Notes under the pieces: model-generated | What the model saw: only the letters and a program-made list of their open reading frames with translations | Database searches by the model: none | What the model was told of the DNA's origin: nothing | Assembly (NCBI GenBank): GCA_038231435.1 | Contig: JBBRLJ010000017.1 | Span: 32,001-96,000 of the forward strand | Direction: 5' to 3' | DNA from: Planctomycetota bacterium | Lineage (GTDB): Bacteria; Planctomycetota; UBA11346 | Length of the DNA: 64,000 nt | Made by a program: the position numbers and the translations under genes | In this document: positions 18,952 through 29,883 of the stretch, in pieces | How the letters are laid out: each line of letters opens with the position of its first letter | How positions within the stretch are numbered: position 1 is the stretch's first letter

Positions 18952-19509
18952 CTACTTGCCCTCGGCCGGCGGCTTGGACACCACCACCTGCGCTGTGCGC
19001 ACCAGCTGGTCCTTGAGCCGGAAGCCCTTGCGATGCACCTGGGTGATGTGGCCGCGGGGCAGATCCGCGCGCTCCTCCTCGGCGATCGCCTCGTGCAGCG
19101 CCGGGTCGAAGGCGCCCTCGGCGGGAATCGGCTCGATGCCGGCGTTGGCCAGGGCGGCGAGGAGGTTCTCGCGGATCATGCTCACGCCCTGCGCGAACTC
19201 GCTGAAGGACTCCGGCTTCGCGGCCGTCAAGGCGCGCTCCAGATTGTCGAGCTGATCGAGGATCGGCTTCACGAATCGTACCACCGCGCGCGTTCCAGCC
19301 TCGTCGGCCTCCTTGCGCAGGCGTTTGCGGACATTGTCGAATTCGGCCTGCCCACGGACGCAGCGCTCCTTCCATTCCCCGACCTCGCGGCGCAGGGCCT
19401 CGAATTCGTTGGCCGGCACGGTGACGGTCTCGCCCTCGGCGCGCGGGCCATCGGCTTCGGCGCCGGCGGAATCGTCCTCGCTGGCATCGTCGATCTGGTC
19501 GGTGGTCAT
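18952..19509 (-). CDS. grpE: Nucleotide exchange factor GrpE
   Basis: QAEFDNVRKR, LDNLERAL, FDPALHEAI, KGFRLKDQLVRTAQVVV. Confidence 0.95.
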   Translation of the reverse strand: MTTDQIDDASEDDSAGAEADGPRAEGETVTVPANEFEALRREVGEWKERCVRGQAEFDNVRKRLRKEADEAGTRAVVRFVKPILDQLDNLERALTAAKPESFSEFAQGVSMIRENLLAALANAGIEPIPAEGAFDPALHEAIAEEERADLPRGHITQVHRKGFRLKDQLVRTAQVVVSKPPAEGK

Positions 19510-19577
19510 GTGCGGCTCTCGTTCTCGTTCGGCGTACTGCGGTCCGCGGTCGGTGCGGAGGGCGGATGAAGGCGGGC

Positions 19578-20705
19578 CTATTTTTCGCTGAACATGCTCT
19601 TGATGCGCTCGAAGAAATTACGCTGTTCCCCGCTCGCTTCCTCGATCTCCCCGAGCTCCTTCAACAGCTCCTGCTGGCGGCCGTTGGTGCGCTTCGGTAC
19701 CTTGACCTCGACCACCACCAGCTGATCGCCGCGATGCGAGCCGCGGCCGGTGGGGATGCCCTGGCCGCGCATGCGCAGCACCTCGTTCGGCTGGGTCCCG
19801 GCGGCGATCTTGAGTTTCGCCGAGCCGTCGAGCGTGGGCACGTCGATCTCGGCGCCGAGCGCCGCCTGCGCGTAGCTGATCGGCACCTTGCACACCACGT
19901 CGTTCTCGTGGCGCTCGAAGAAGGCGTCGGCCTTGACGGTGACGTAAACGTAGAGATCGCCGCGGGCGCCGCTCTGGCGACCGGGCTCGCCTTCGCCCGC
20001 GACGCGCAGCCGCGAGCCGTCCTCGATGCCGGCGGGGATACGCACCTTGATGGTGACCTTCTTGGGCACGCCGCCGGCGCCGCGGCAAGTCGGGCACGGA
20101 TCGGCGATGGTCTTACCGGCGCCATGGCACTGCGGACAGGTGGTCTGCACCACGAAGAAACCCTGCCCCTGGCGGACGATGCCGGCGCCGCCGCAGAGGC
20201 GGCACGATACCGGCTTGGTTCCTGCCTTGGCGCCGCTGCCGGCGCAGGTCTCGCAATGCTCGTTGCGTTTCAGGTCGATGGTCTTGGTCGAGCCGAAAAC
20301 AGCCTCGCGGAAACCGATCTCGAGCCCGAGCTTGAGGCTCGCGCCCTGGTTGCGATCGCCGCGACCGCCCCCGTTGCCGCCGAAGAACTGGTCGAAGATC
20401 GAGCCGCCGCCGAAGACGTCGCCGAAGGCGGCGAAGATGTCCTCCATGGAATTGAAGCCCTGGCCGGCATGCCCCATGCCCTCGACGCCGGCATGGCCGT
20501 ACTGGTCGTAGCGGCCGCGCTTCTGCTCGTCGGAGAGGACCTCGTAGGCCTCGGCGGCTTCCTTGAACTTGGTCTCGGCGTCTTTGTTACCGGGATTGCG
20601 GTCCGGGTGGTGCTTCATCGCCAGCTTGCGATAGGCCTTCTTGATATCGTCCTCGCTGGCCCCTTTGGCCAATCCGAGCACTTCGTAATAGTCGCGTTTG
20701 GCCAT
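19578..20705 (-). CDS. dnaJ: Molecular chaperone DnaJ
   Basis: [14 protein letters not shown] motif, G/F-rich region, four CxxCxGxG repeats. Confidence 0.98.
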   Translation of the reverse strand: MAKRDYYEVLGLAKGASEDDIKKAYRKLAMKHHPDRNPGNKDAETKFKEAAEAYEVLSDEQKRGRYDQYGHAGVEGMGHAGQGFNSMEDIFAAFGDVFGGGSIFDQFFGGNGGGRGDRNQGASLKLGLEIGFREAVFGSTKTIDLKRNEHCETCAGSGAKAGTKPVSCRLCGGAGIVRQGQGFFVVQTTCPQCHGAGKTIADPCPTCRGAGGVPKKVTIKVRIPAGIEDGSRLRVAGEGEPGRQSGARGDLYVYVTVKADAFFERHENDVVCKVPISYAQAALGAEIDVPTLDGSAKLKIAAGTQPNEVLRMRGQGIPTGRGSHRGDQLVVVEVKVPKRTNGRQQELLKELGEIEEASGEQRNFFERIKSMFSEK

Positions 20706-20790
20706 CGCAGAACCCATCGTAGTCAGAAAGACCCGGAATCAGCGGGAAAGCACATACCGGGCCATGCCAGAGCACAAACTAGAGACATAG

Positions 20791-21381
20791 CTACCGCTCG
20801 AGGATCTCCGCTGGAGCCGTTGCAGGGGGGGCCTCGGACCGGGGCGCGATGGCCTGACCGGTGGCGTGGGAGGGATCGGTCCTGGTCTCGTCCAAGGGAT
20901 TGTAGACATCCTGGGCCAAGAGCGCCGTCGACAGCGCCGTGAGCTGGGCGGAGGCTTTGCGGTAGCGCTCGCCGAGCTTCGCGCGCTGGTCGACGGGCAC
21001 GCCCAGGAGCTTCTTGCCGGCGTCCAGGTAGCGCTCGCCCGCCTTCATCGCATCGCCCTGGTCGAGCAGGGTCTTGGTTTCGAGCAGTAGGAGTTCGGCG
21101 TCGGCCAGGGCGGTGAGCGCATCGGCGGAGGCGGGAACCTTGTTGGCCTCTTCGTGATCGAGGTATTCCTGGGCGGCTTTCTCGGCCCGGCGCGCGGTGG
21201 CGGCGTCCAAGGGCATGGTCGGAGGGGCTCCGGCGGGGGCCACGGGTTGCGTACTCCTGGGCGCGGCCGGCGTCACCGACGGGCCACCCGAGGGCGCCGC
21301 GCCCTCGGCAGCTGACAGGGACGCTTCGGGGACCGATGCCGCCATGAGGGCGATGAGGGCGATGGCGGCGATCAGGCGCAT
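20791..21381 (-). CDS. Hypothetical exported protein
   Basis: Signal-peptide-like MRLIAAIALIALMAA, Pro/Ala linker, helical core; co-oriented between hisF and dnaJ. Confidence 0.65.
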   Translation of the reverse strand: MRLIAAIALIALMAASVPEASLSAAEGAAPSGGPSVTPAAPRSTQPVAPAGAPPTMPLDAATARRAEKAAQEYLDHEEANKVPASADALTALADAELLLLETKTLLDQGDAMKAGERYLDAGKKLLGVPVDQRAKLGERYRKASAQLTALSTALLAQDVYNPLDETRTDPSHATGQAIAPRSEAPPATAPAEILER

Positions 21382-21443
21382 GCCCACATCAAAGCCATCC
21401 CCTGGCCCAAGCAAGCCGGCTCCAGCTGACGGCCGCTCCACCG

Positions 21444-22214
21444 CTAACGTACCGCCACGCCTGCCGCGCGCATCTCGGCCTTGATCGCGCCGATCGTGTA
21501 GTCGCCATAGTGCACCATGCTCGCCACCAGCGCCGCGTCGGCGCCGCCGGTCGAGACCGCGTCGACGAGATGCCGCGGCAGCCCGCCTCCGCCCGAGGCG
21601 ATCACCGGGATGCGCACCGCGTCGGCCACCAGCCGGGTGAGCGTCAGCTCGTAGCCCTGGCGCACGCCGTCGGTGTCGATCGCGTTCAGGCAGATCTCGC
21701 CGGCGCCCAGGGACTCGGCCTCGCGCGCCCAGGCGATCGCGTCGCGGCCGGTGGGCGTGCGGCCGCCGTCGATCACCACCTCGTAGCCGCTGGGGACGGC
21801 CGAAGATGGCGCGACCTTCTTCGCGTCCATGCCCAGCACCACGCACTGCGCGCCGAAGGCGCGCGCGCCCGCGGTAATGAGCGCAGGATCGCGCACCGCC
21901 GGCGAATTGACGCTGACCTTCTCGGCTCCGGCGAGCAGCACCTCGCGCATCGCCTCGACCGAGCGGATGCCGCCGCCGACCGCGAAGGGGATGAAGATCG
22001 CCTCGGCCACGCGGCGCACCACGTCGATGAACACCCCGCGCTTCTCGGCTGAGGCGGTGATGTCGTAGAACACCAACTCGTCCGCGCCCTGTTCGTAGTA
22101 CCGCCGCGCGTAGTCGACCGGATCGCCGAGATCCTGGTTGCCTGTGAACTTCACGCCCTTGGTCACCTGCCCATTGCGGACATCGAGGCAGACGATGACG
22201 CGCTTGGTGAGCAT
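21444..22214 (-). CDS. hisF: Imidazole glycerol phosphate synthase cyclase subunit
   Basis: [56 protein letters not shown]. Confidence 0.97.
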   Translation of the reverse strand: MLTKRVIVCLDVRNGQVTKGVKFTGNQDLGDPVDYARRYYEQGADELVFYDITASAEKRGVFIDVVRRVAEAIFIPFAVGGGIRSVEAMREVLLAGAEKVSVNSPAVRDPALITAGARAFGAQCVVLGMDAKKVAPSSAVPSGYEVVIDGGRTPTGRDAIAWAREAESLGAGEICLNAIDTDGVRQGYELTLTRLVADAVRIPVIASGGGGLPRHLVDAVSTGGADAALVASMVHYGDYTIGAIKAEMRAAGVAVR

Positions 22215-22445
22215 GGAGACGACAGCTTGGCTCGGGCGCAGGGGGAGCAAGAAGCGGGGAGAATGGGGAAGGGGGAAGAGCGATGCTCGAAGGAAGAAGC
22301 TCGAAGCTGGAAGAGGAAGAGGGGGCGAAGGTCGCGCGCTACACCACGGCGGATGCCGATGATCGGGATCACCGCTCCACGTCGATCGTCCCCCTTCGCC
22401 ATTCTCCCTTCTCCATGCCAGGCGTACTCCGACACTGCGACACCC

Positions 22446-22832
22446 ATGGGCACCAAGAGCCACTCCCGCGCCCCGAAGGCCTTCCGCCATCGCACCCTGG
22501 TCGCCGCCGAGGCGGTGCTGCTGGTGGGCGTCGCCCAGCAGCTCTTGTCGCAGCAGGTCGCCAACGCGGCGGTCCCCAATGTCGCGAAGATCCTCTTCAC
22601 CATGATCGGTGTGCTCGGCGTGCTCGGCGGCATGGTGCTGCTCGCGCGCGCGTTCGCGATCAAAGGTGTCGCGCAGACCCACAACGTGATCAAGGCGCTG
22701 CCGATTCCCGCCGCCACCTGGCTGCTGCACCTCGCCGCCTTCGCCGGGCTGTTCCTGCTCTACGCCATCGTCTGGCAGCTGCCCGTCCAGGTACCGATCC
22801 TCGGCACCGTCGGCACCGCACCCTCGCACTGA
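22446..22832 (+). CDS. Hypothetical membrane protein (about 3 TM)
   Basis: Three hydrophobic segments and high-GC3 codon usage; start uncertain. Confidence 0.6.
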   Translation: MGTKSHSRAPKAFRHRTLVAAEAVLLVGVAQQLLSQQVANAAVPNVAKILFTMIGVLGVLGGMVLLARAFAIKGVAQTHNVIKALPIPAATWLLHLAAFAGLFLLYAIVWQLPVQVPILGTVGTAPSH

Positions 22833-22868
22833 GGGCAGTCCGCTGATTCCTCGGCTGGGGATCCGGCG

Positions 22869-24335
22869 TCAGCGGCGGAGACGTACGAGGAAGCTGCGGT
22901 TGTCGCGCAGCACCTGCAAGGTGACTTCCTTACGCTTGGCGAGCGCCGCAGCATCGTCGAGCGTGCGCAGTTCGCGCAGCGTCCGCTCGTGCAGCAGGCG
23001 GTCACCGACCGCGAATTCCGCGACGCCCGCCGGACTGTCCGGCTCCACTCCGGTGACCACCAGGCCGGGGCCGTCGTCGGTGCCGACGCGCAGGCCGAAA
23101 CCCTTGAGCTCGACATCCTGCTCCTGCGAGCGTTGCTTGAGGATCTCATCGCGATCGACGGGCAGGATCTTCTCCTCGACTTCCTTGCCGGCGCGCCAGA
23201 TGCGCAGCGCCATCGGCTCGCCGATGCGGCAGCTGGCGACGCGCGCGCGGAAGTTCATCAGGCTCTGGATGCGCATGGTGTTCACCGCCAGGACGATGTC
23301 GTTCTTCTGCAGGCCGCCTTCGGACGCGGGGGACTTCGGCAGCACGCGGGTGATGCGCACCGTCTGCACCGCCGGCAGGCCGAGCTGCTGCGCCTGCTCG
23401 GCGGTGAGCAGATCCATGTCCACGCCGATGCCGGGCCAGCGCACGTGGCCGTTCGCGACGATGTCCTCGGCGACGTGGCGGGCGAGATTCGACGGGATGG
23501 CGAAGCCGATGCCGATGTTGACGTGGGTGCTGCTGAGGATGTTGGCGTTCACACCGATGATCTTGCCCTCGATCGAGACCAGCGGTCCGCCGCTGTTGCC
23601 GGGATTGATCGCGGCGTCGGTCTGGATGAAGGACTCGAGCCCGCGCATCGCCTCGTAGATGCCGGTCGAACGGTCGGTGGCCGAGACGATACCCGAGGTG
23701 GCGCTGTAGCCGACGCCCAGAGGATACCCGAGCGCGAGCACCCAATCGCCGACGTGCACCGCGTCCGAATTGCCCCAATCGATGGTGGGGAGATGCGGCA
23801 CGGGGATCTTGATCACCGCGAGATCCGTGCTCAGGTCGAAGCCAACGTATTCGGCCTCGACCTGGCGGTTGTCGTTCAGCTGCACCACCAGGCGGTCGTA
23901 ACCCACCGGCTGGTTGTTGCGCCCGCGCACGAACTCCTGCTCGTGGTTGGTCTGCAGCACGACGTGCGAATTGGTGAGGATGAAGCTGAACTTGTCGTCG
24001 GTGTGGAAGACGAAGCCCGAACCCTCGCCGACCTCGACCTCGCGGCTGGTGGTGTCGCCGGACCAGGAATAGGCGGCGGACATCTCTTCGCGCGTCTTGA
24101 TCGCGACCACGCTCGGCGCGACCACCTCATCGACCAGGTTGAAGGCCCGCGACAGCACCGCGATCTCCTTGCCCAGCGCCGCGAGCTCGTCCTTGGCCTT
24201 CGCCCGGGCGGATTCATCCAGCGCGTGCGCGTGCGGCGCGGCGAGCGCGCACGCCGCGATCAGCGCGACCCGAGCTGGCCACCACGTCGGCGATCGAGCG
24301 AGGATTCTGGAAGCGATTGGCATGGGATTCTCCAC
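22869..24335 (-). CDS. HtrA/DegP-family serine protease with PDZ domain(s)
   Basis: Signal peptide, GSGF, TNSHVV, TDLAVIK, IQTDAAINPGNSGGPL, C-terminal PDZ-like regions. Confidence 0.95.
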   Translation of the reverse strand: MENPMPIASRILARSPTWWPARVALIAACALAAPHAHALDESARAKAKDELAALGKEIAVLSRAFNLVDEVVAPSVVAIKTREEMSAAYSWSGDTTSREVEVGEGSGFVFHTDDKFSFILTNSHVVLQTNHEQEFVRGRNNQPVGYDRLVVQLNDNRQVEAEYVGFDLSTDLAVIKIPVPHLPTIDWGNSDAVHVGDWVLALGYPLGVGYSATSGIVSATDRSTGIYEAMRGLESFIQTDAAINPGNSGGPLVSIEGKIIGVNANILSSTHVNIGIGFAIPSNLARHVAEDIVANGHVRWPGIGVDMDLLTAEQAQQLGLPAVQTVRITRVLPKSPASEGGLQKNDIVLAVNTMRIQSLMNFRARVASCRIGEPMALRIWRAGKEVEEKILPVDRDEILKQRSQEQDVELKGFGLRVGTDDGPGLVVTGVEPDSPAGVAEFAVGDRLLHERTLRELRTLDDAAALAKRKEVTLQVLRDNRSFLVRLRR

Positions 24336-24488
24336 GTGTGACCACTACCCTGGACGGTCCGGGGCGATGGATCCTACATGGGAACAGCACAGGGGAATCG
24401 CGGCCGGGCGGAGGGCGTTGGATCCGGTGGGCCGGACGGACGGGGTTCTTTACGGCGGAGAGCTACCGCGGGAAGCTACCGCGGACCG

Positions 24489-25073
24489 CTATTGCGGAGG
24501 GCACCAGAAGGTCTGGTCATCGCGGTAGGCGCCGACCGGCTGGGCCGGGATGGTCTCGGTGCCCGAGCCGCGGAACGGGAAGGGCCCGCGTTCGCCGTCA
24601 CCGACTGGGATCAGGCCGATCGGCTCGCGCGCGCCGCGCTCGATCGGATCGCCAGGGACGCCGACCGGATAGTCCTTCTGTGGGGGATAAGCGGCGCCCG
24701 GGAAAGGGCCCTTGTCCAGGGCGCCGACCGCCACCACGTCTGCGGTTTCCGGATGCAGCCCCGGATCCTGGATGCCGAGCATCGTCTGGCCTTTGAACTT
24801 CTGCCCGGGCGTCTTGCAGTCCACGCGTTGGCGATGCAGCGTGTCGATCGCGGGCGGATTCGCCGGCAGCTCGTAGACTTCCTTGTCGCCCGACCAGGTC
24901 ATGCGCTCGTGCAGCGAGAAGGAGTCGTCCGCGGACACGGGGATGTAGCGCGTCTGGTAATACATGTCGCCGCAGCCGGTGACCGCGAGGAGCATCGCGG
25001 ACAGCACGACCACCAGCAGTGGACCTCGCCGCGGCGGGACCAGCAACCGGAGCGCCGACAGGGGCTTGCGCAT
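24489..25073 (-). CDS. Hypothetical lipoprotein
   Basis: Hydrophobic stretch ending in lipobox-like AVTG|C; Pro/Gly-rich mature part. Confidence 0.65.
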   Translation of the reverse strand: MRKPLSALRLLVPPRRGPLLVVVLSAMLLAVTGCGDMYYQTRYIPVSADDSFSLHERMTWSGDKEVYELPANPPAIDTLHRQRVDCKTPGQKFKGQTMLGIQDPGLHPETADVVAVGALDKGPFPGAAYPPQKDYPVGVPGDPIERGAREPIGLIPVGDGERGPFPFRGSGTETIPAQPVGAYRDDQTFWCPPQ

Positions 25074-25364
25074 GCGGGCATGACAGCCGTGGCAGGGCCC
25101 GGCTCAACCGGAAATCTGGCGTCGCGAGGGGGGTGAGTGGTGTACCAGGCGATCGCAGGTCCATCCACGGAGCCCATCCACGGAACCCATCCCCCTTCCC
25201 GGGCCGCGGTCGCCGGGCCGGGTGATGGCCGAGCGGTGGGCCGGCGTCCCCGCTTTGGGCGGACCTCGGAGCCTCGTCCCGCCATCGCGGCGATTGCGTC
25301 AGCAGGCAATGCCGTTCCGGGCCTGCCCCCTAGCCGCGGCGCATGCCTGACTAGAGTCTCGGCC

Positions 25365-26300
25365 ATGCCCGACGACGCGGTGTTGCGCACGGTGCACCTC
25401 ACCAAGGTGTACGCCGATTTCTGGGGCCGTCCGCGGGTGACGGCGCTCGACGACCTGTCGCTCGAGGTACGGCCCGGCGAGGTCTTCGGCCTGCTCGGTC
25501 CCAACGGTTCGGGCAAGACCACCACCATCAAGCTGCTGCTCGGCCTGATTCGTCCAAGCAAAGGCGACGCATTCGTCTTCGGTCGCGATCCGGGCGACCG
25601 CGCGGTCAAGGAGCGGGTCGGCTACCTGCCCGAGGAGACCTATCTCTACAAGTTCCTCGACGCCGAGGAGACGCTGCGCTTCTTCGGCCGCCTGTTCTCG
25701 CTGCCGAGCGCGGTGATCGCCAAGCGCTCCGCCGAGCTCATCGAGCTGGTCGGCCTGTCCGGCGCCCGAAAACGGCGGCTCGGCGAATATTCGAAGGGCA
25801 TGGCGCGGCGGCTCGGGTTGGCCCAGGCATTGATCAACGATCCCAGCTTGGTGGTGCTCGACGAGCCGACCTCCGGCCTCGACCCGATCGGCTCGGCCGA
25901 GGTCAAGGACCTGATCGTACGCCTGAAGAGTCAGGGCAAGACCGTGCTGCTGTGCAGCCATCTGCTGGCCGACGTCGAGGACGTCTGCGACCGCATCGCC
26001 ATCCTGCACCAGGGCGTGCTGCGCGAGTGCGGCCCGGTCGGCGAGCTGCTGCGTGCGGACCACCGCGTCACCGTCGAGCTCGATCGCCCGTCGCCGGAGC
26101 GCCTCGAGGCGGTGAAGAACGCGGCGGGCGACTCGCTGATCGGCGTCGCCCCGCCGCGCGAACGCCTCGAGGCGCATTTCCGCCGCATCATCGCCGGATC
26201 TCGCGCGGGCGCCGGTCAGGCGGCGGGTCAGACGGAGAAGCCCTCTGCGCCCTCCGCGCCATCGCAACCAGCGGCCGATGAGCGGAGCGCATCGCCGTGA
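25365..26300 (+). CDS. ABC transporter ATP-binding protein (ABC-2 type)
   Basis: Walker A GPNGSGKTT, signature YSKGM, Walker B VVLDEP, H-loop CSH. Confidence 0.95.
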   Translation: MPDDAVLRTVHLTKVYADFWGRPRVTALDDLSLEVRPGEVFGLLGPNGSGKTTTIKLLLGLIRPSKGDAFVFGRDPGDRAVKERVGYLPEETYLYKFLDAEETLRFFGRLFSLPSAVIAKRSAELIELVGLSGARKRRLGEYSKGMARRLGLAQALINDPSLVVLDEPTSGLDPIGSAEVKDLIVRLKSQGKTVLLCSHLLADVEDVCDRIAILHQGVLRECGPVGELLRADHRVTVELDRPSPERLEAVKNAAGDSLIGVAPPRERLEAHFRRIIAGSRAGAGQAAGQTEKPSAPSAPSQPAADERSASP

Positions 26301-27619
26301 ACGCCCTCATTGGCGGCCTGCGCGCCGCGGCCGCCCTCGCCGGCGTGACCGTGCGCGAGGCCGCGCGCCAGCACCTGTGGATCGTCTTCGCCGGGGTCGC
26401 CCTGGTGCTCTGCGTCGCCCTGGGAAACCTCTCGGCCGTCGACCCGTCGGCGCGGCTCAAGCTCGCGGTGGTGGTGGTCACCACTGGGCTCGGCTTCGCG
26501 GTGACGCTGCTGGCGATGCTGGTCGGGCCGAGCCAGCTGCGCCGCGATCTCGATGCTCGCGTCGGCATGATGCTGTTCTCGAAACCGCTGACCAGGCTCG
26601 CCTATCTCGGCGGTCGCTGGTTCGGGGTGATCGCCGGACTGGCGATGGGATCGCTGGCGTTGGCGGCCATCGGCTCGGCGCTGATCGCCTGGCGTGTCGC
26701 CGGCCTGCCCGAGATGCACCGCATCGAGCGCGCGAGCTCGTGGCAGGAGATCAGCAGCCTCGGCGAGGTGATCGCGGTCAAGGAGGGCCGCAAGCACGTG
26801 GTGCTCGGCGGCGCGCCGGGAAACGCCGTGCGCTTTCATCTCGAGCGGCTCCCGCACGCGGGACCCGAGGGCCTCGAGGTGCTGGTGCGCGTCGACCTGC
26901 GCAGCTTCGATCCGAACGAGGCAGTCGAGTATGCCGGCGCCGAGATCGTCGCCTCCGCTTCCGCGGCGTTCACCGCGCCGACGGTGCTCGCGCTCGATCC
27001 CGCGAGTCCCTACGGCCATGGCGGTGGAGATATGGTCGGCGACGGAGGCTCCGTGCAGCTGCGCTCGCGCGACGAATCGCACCAGGACCTGTCGCAGGAC
27101 TACTGCCGCCTGCGCCTGCCTGGCGCCTGCATCTCGCCGTCTGGCGATTCGTGGATCCAGGTGGTGCGCCTCGAGGGCCGCGCCGGATTCTCGATCGACC
27201 AGACCGGGACGGTGCTCGCCGCGGTACCCGGCGGCAATTTCCTGGTGAACCTCGTGCGCGGGTCATGCGTGCTGCTCGCCCAGGCCGGGCTGCTCACCGC
27301 GTTCGCCCTGCTCATCGCCTGCGTCAGCAACCTTGGCGTCACCCTGCTCGGCAGCATGACGCTGTTCTTCGCGGGCAACGCCCTCGACTCGCTGCGCGAC
27401 ACCCTGACCTACGATGACCCCAAGGCTCCGGTGCGCCGGATCATGGGACTGGCCCTGCATATCCTGCCCGATTTCGACCGTTTCGGCGTGGCGGCGCAGT
27501 TGGCCGCGGGCCAATCGATCGGCTGGGACATGGTGGCCGCCGCGTGGGTGTACTACGGAGCCTTCGCCGTGCTGTTCCTGATGATCGCATGGTTCACGCT
27601 CGCGCGGAGGGAGCTGTGA
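26297..27619 (+). CDS. ABC-2-type permease with a large extracytoplasmic insert
   Basis: Multiple TM segments, KPLTRLAYLGGRWFG motif, ends LARREL; overlaps the ATPase stop. Confidence 0.8.
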   Translation: MNALIGGLRAAAALAGVTVREAARQHLWIVFAGVALVLCVALGNLSAVDPSARLKLAVVVVTTGLGFAVTLLAMLVGPSQLRRDLDARVGMMLFSKPLTRLAYLGGRWFGVIAGLAMGSLALAAIGSALIAWRVAGLPEMHRIERASSWQEISSLGEVIAVKEGRKHVVLGGAPGNAVRFHLERLPHAGPEGLEVLVRVDLRSFDPNEAVEYAGAEIVASASAAFTAPTVLALDPASPYGHGGGDMVGDGGSVQLRSRDESHQDLSQDYCRLRLPGACISPSGDSWIQVVRLEGRAGFSIDQTGTVLAAVPGGNFLVNLVRGSCVLLAQAGLLTAFALLIACVSNLGVTLLGSMTLFFAGNALDSLRDTLTYDDPKAPVRRIMGLALHILPDFDRFGVAAQLAAGQSIGWDMVAAAWVYYGAFAVLFLMIAWFTLARREL

Positions 27620-27683
27620 ACGTCCGTAGCCCGTCCACTGTCCGCAAGGGCTCTCGAGGACGAAAGTTCCCGAGGCCGACGCG

Positions 27684-28754
27684 ATGAGATCCCGCACCTG
27701 CGTGATCGCGGGCGTCGCGTGCCTGGTGGCGGCGCAGCTGCTGGCCAGCTTCCCGCTGGCGCGGGCGCGCCAGTCGCTGGTGCCGAACCACGAGATCTAC
27801 GAGGCCCTCACCCCCGGCGAGTTCGCCGGCACGCTGATGCTGGGTGGTTTTCGCGGGCTCGCCTGCGACCTGCTGTGGATCCGCGCCGACAACGCCAAGG
27901 AGTTGGGCCACTACTACGAGAGCCTGGCGCTGTTCCAGGCGATCAGCCGCATCCAGCCGCGCTTCGAGCAGATCTGGACGTACATGTCATGGGACATGGC
28001 GTACAACATCGGCCACGAGGTCGAGGACGAAGATACCAAGTGGACGTGGATGCTCGCGGGCATCCAGACCAACGTGCGCGGCTGCCTGCGCAATCCCACC
28101 AGCGAACGCGTGCTGCGCCACCTCGCCTGGATGTTCAACCATCGCGGCGACCTCTTCAAGTCGCGCATCGAGGCGACGGCGTGGGAACCGCTGCTCGGTC
28201 CGGTGATTGACAATGTCAACCGCGAGCTGCCAGAGGCCAAGCGCGTGCCGCCGTTCCCGCGCGGGCCCGGCGCGAAGGGAGAGGGGCTGGGCAACTTCCG
28301 CATCTCCGCCGTGATCTATCGCGCAGCGGTTGCGCTCGCCGAGGCGCGCGGCATCGATCAGTCGCAATTCGTGCGGCGCATGGTGCCGCTCGCCATCGAG
28401 AGCGACGGCAATCTGGCGCGCAACGGCGGCCATCATCTGGCCGCGCTGCGGATCTGGATCGAGGCGCTCAAGGAATGGCAGCGGGTGCGTGCATACTACG
28501 ATGCCGTCACCGGCGATGATGAGGACAAGACGCGGCGTGAGTTCGGCATCGACAGCTACGAACGCAACGAAGGCCATCTGCGCCGCAAGACCGCCGAACT
28601 CGCCCGCCAGCTGGCTCCTGATCCCGCCGAGGGCGAGCGGTTCGCCTCGGCGGTGCTGGAGCGGCGATTCACCGAAGCCCTGGGCATGCTCGAACATCAG
28701 GGCTGGCTGGCCAGCGCGCGGCACGGGCACATCCACTGGCTCGACGAGCGATGA
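27684..28754 (+). CDS. Conserved hypothetical membrane-anchored helical (TPR-like) protein of the ABC operon
   Basis: N-terminal hydrophobic anchor; LGGFRGLACDLLWIRA, IQPRFEQIW, WDMAYNI. Confidence 0.75.
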   Translation: MRSRTCVIAGVACLVAAQLLASFPLARARQSLVPNHEIYEALTPGEFAGTLMLGGFRGLACDLLWIRADNAKELGHYYESLALFQAISRIQPRFEQIWTYMSWDMAYNIGHEVEDEDTKWTWMLAGIQTNVRGCLRNPTSERVLRHLAWMFNHRGDLFKSRIEATAWEPLLGPVIDNVNRELPEAKRVPPFPRGPGAKGEGLGNFRISAVIYRAAVALAEARGIDQSQFVRRMVPLAIESDGNLARNGGHHLAALRIWIEALKEWQRVRAYYDAVTGDDEDKTRREFGIDSYERNEGHLRRKTAELARQLAPDPAEGERFASAVLERRFTEALGMLEHQGWLASARHGHIHWLDER

Positions 28755-29677
28755 CGACGGGCAATTCCGCCGGCGCCTCCCAGGTCAACGGACAGGCCCT
28801 GGCGATCGGCAAATTCGACGCGCTGCATCTCGGTCACCGCGCGCTCGCCGAGCGTGCGACGACCTTCGGGCCCGCGCTGCTGCTCGGCTTCACCGGCATG
28901 GCCGAGGTGCTGGGCTGGCCGCCACGGCGCCCATTGATCGCCCCGTCCGACCGTCCGCGCGTGCTGGGGTTGTGGTCGCGCGAGCTGGGCGCGCCGATCA
29001 GCCATGCGGCGCTCGCCTTCCCCGAGATCCAGCCGCTATCGGCCGGGGAATTCCTCGATCTCGTGCGCGCGCGCTTCGCCGCCACGGCGGTGGTCGTCGG
29101 CGAGGATTTCCGCGGCGGTCGCGGGCGCTCCGCCGGCGTCGCGGAACTGCGCGAGCTCGCTGTGGTGCGCGGTCTGGCATTCGCAGCGGTGCCACCGGTC
29201 ATGCATCAGGGCGCGCCGATCTCGTCGAGCCGCGTGCGCGAGGCGCTCGCCGCCGGCGATGTCGCGTCGGCGCGGGTCCTCCTCGGCCGGCCCCATCGCC
29301 TGGTCGGCACCGTGGTGCGCGGCGACGGCCGTGGGCGCTCGATCGGCGTACCCACCGCCAATTGCGGCGAACGCGAGAACCAGGAACCCGCGACCGGCGT
29401 CTACGCCGCCATGGTCGGGGTCGGCGGTGGTGGCGAGCGCCATCCCGCGGCGGTCAACGTCGGGCGCGCGCCGACGGTGGGCCCCGATCGCCCGCTGACC
29501 GTCGAGGCGCACCTGATCGGCGCGCAGCGCGATTGCTACGGCGAGCGCATCGCGATCGACTTCATCGCCAGGCTGCGCGAGGAACGCCGTTTCCCCTCCC
29601 TGGACTCCTTGAAGACGCAGCTGGCCCTCGACATCGCCGCCGCCACGGTTGCCGTACGCTCATCAGCCGACGGTTAA
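28751..29677 (+). CDS. ribF: Bifunctional riboflavin kinase/FAD synthetase
   Basis: IGKFDALHLGH, ISSSRVR, GDGRGRSIGVPTAN, VEAHL, LREERRF. Confidence 0.93.
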   Translation: MTTGNSAGASQVNGQALAIGKFDALHLGHRALAERATTFGPALLLGFTGMAEVLGWPPRRPLIAPSDRPRVLGLWSRELGAPISHAALAFPEIQPLSAGEFLDLVRARFAATAVVVGEDFRGGRGRSAGVAELRELAVVRGLAFAAVPPVMHQGAPISSSRVREALAAGDVASARVLLGRPHRLVGTVVRGDGRGRSIGVPTANCGERENQEPATGVYAAMVGVGGGGERHPAAVNVGRAPTVGPDRPLTVEAHLIGAQRDCYGERIAIDFIARLREERRFPSLDSLKTQLALDIAAATVAVRSSADG

Positions 29678-29808
29678 CGCGCAGATACGTCACCGGATCG
29701 CCCATCACTGTTCACGCAGGGCACGAATCTCCAACGCTCCTCCCCATCGCTCGGGGCAGGCCGGTGTGAGGCTCCGGCCGATCCCGGTCAGTCCCGGTTG
29801 GTGATGCC

Positions 29809-29839
29809 AGGCCGATGTCAGGGGCCGAAGCCCCCCAAC
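29809..29839 (-). repeat. Family B repeat, partial variant
   Basis: Reverse complement reads gttggggggc-ttcg-gcccctgac-atcggcct. Confidence 0.65.
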
Positions 29840-29883
29840 CGAGAGCTTTGCTTGGCGCGCCGCATGGGGATGATGCTTCGCCG

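Noticed and set aside
18952..20705. dnaJ-grpE without dnaK
   Set aside because: Split chaperone loci are common, and dnaK is probably elsewhere in the genome.
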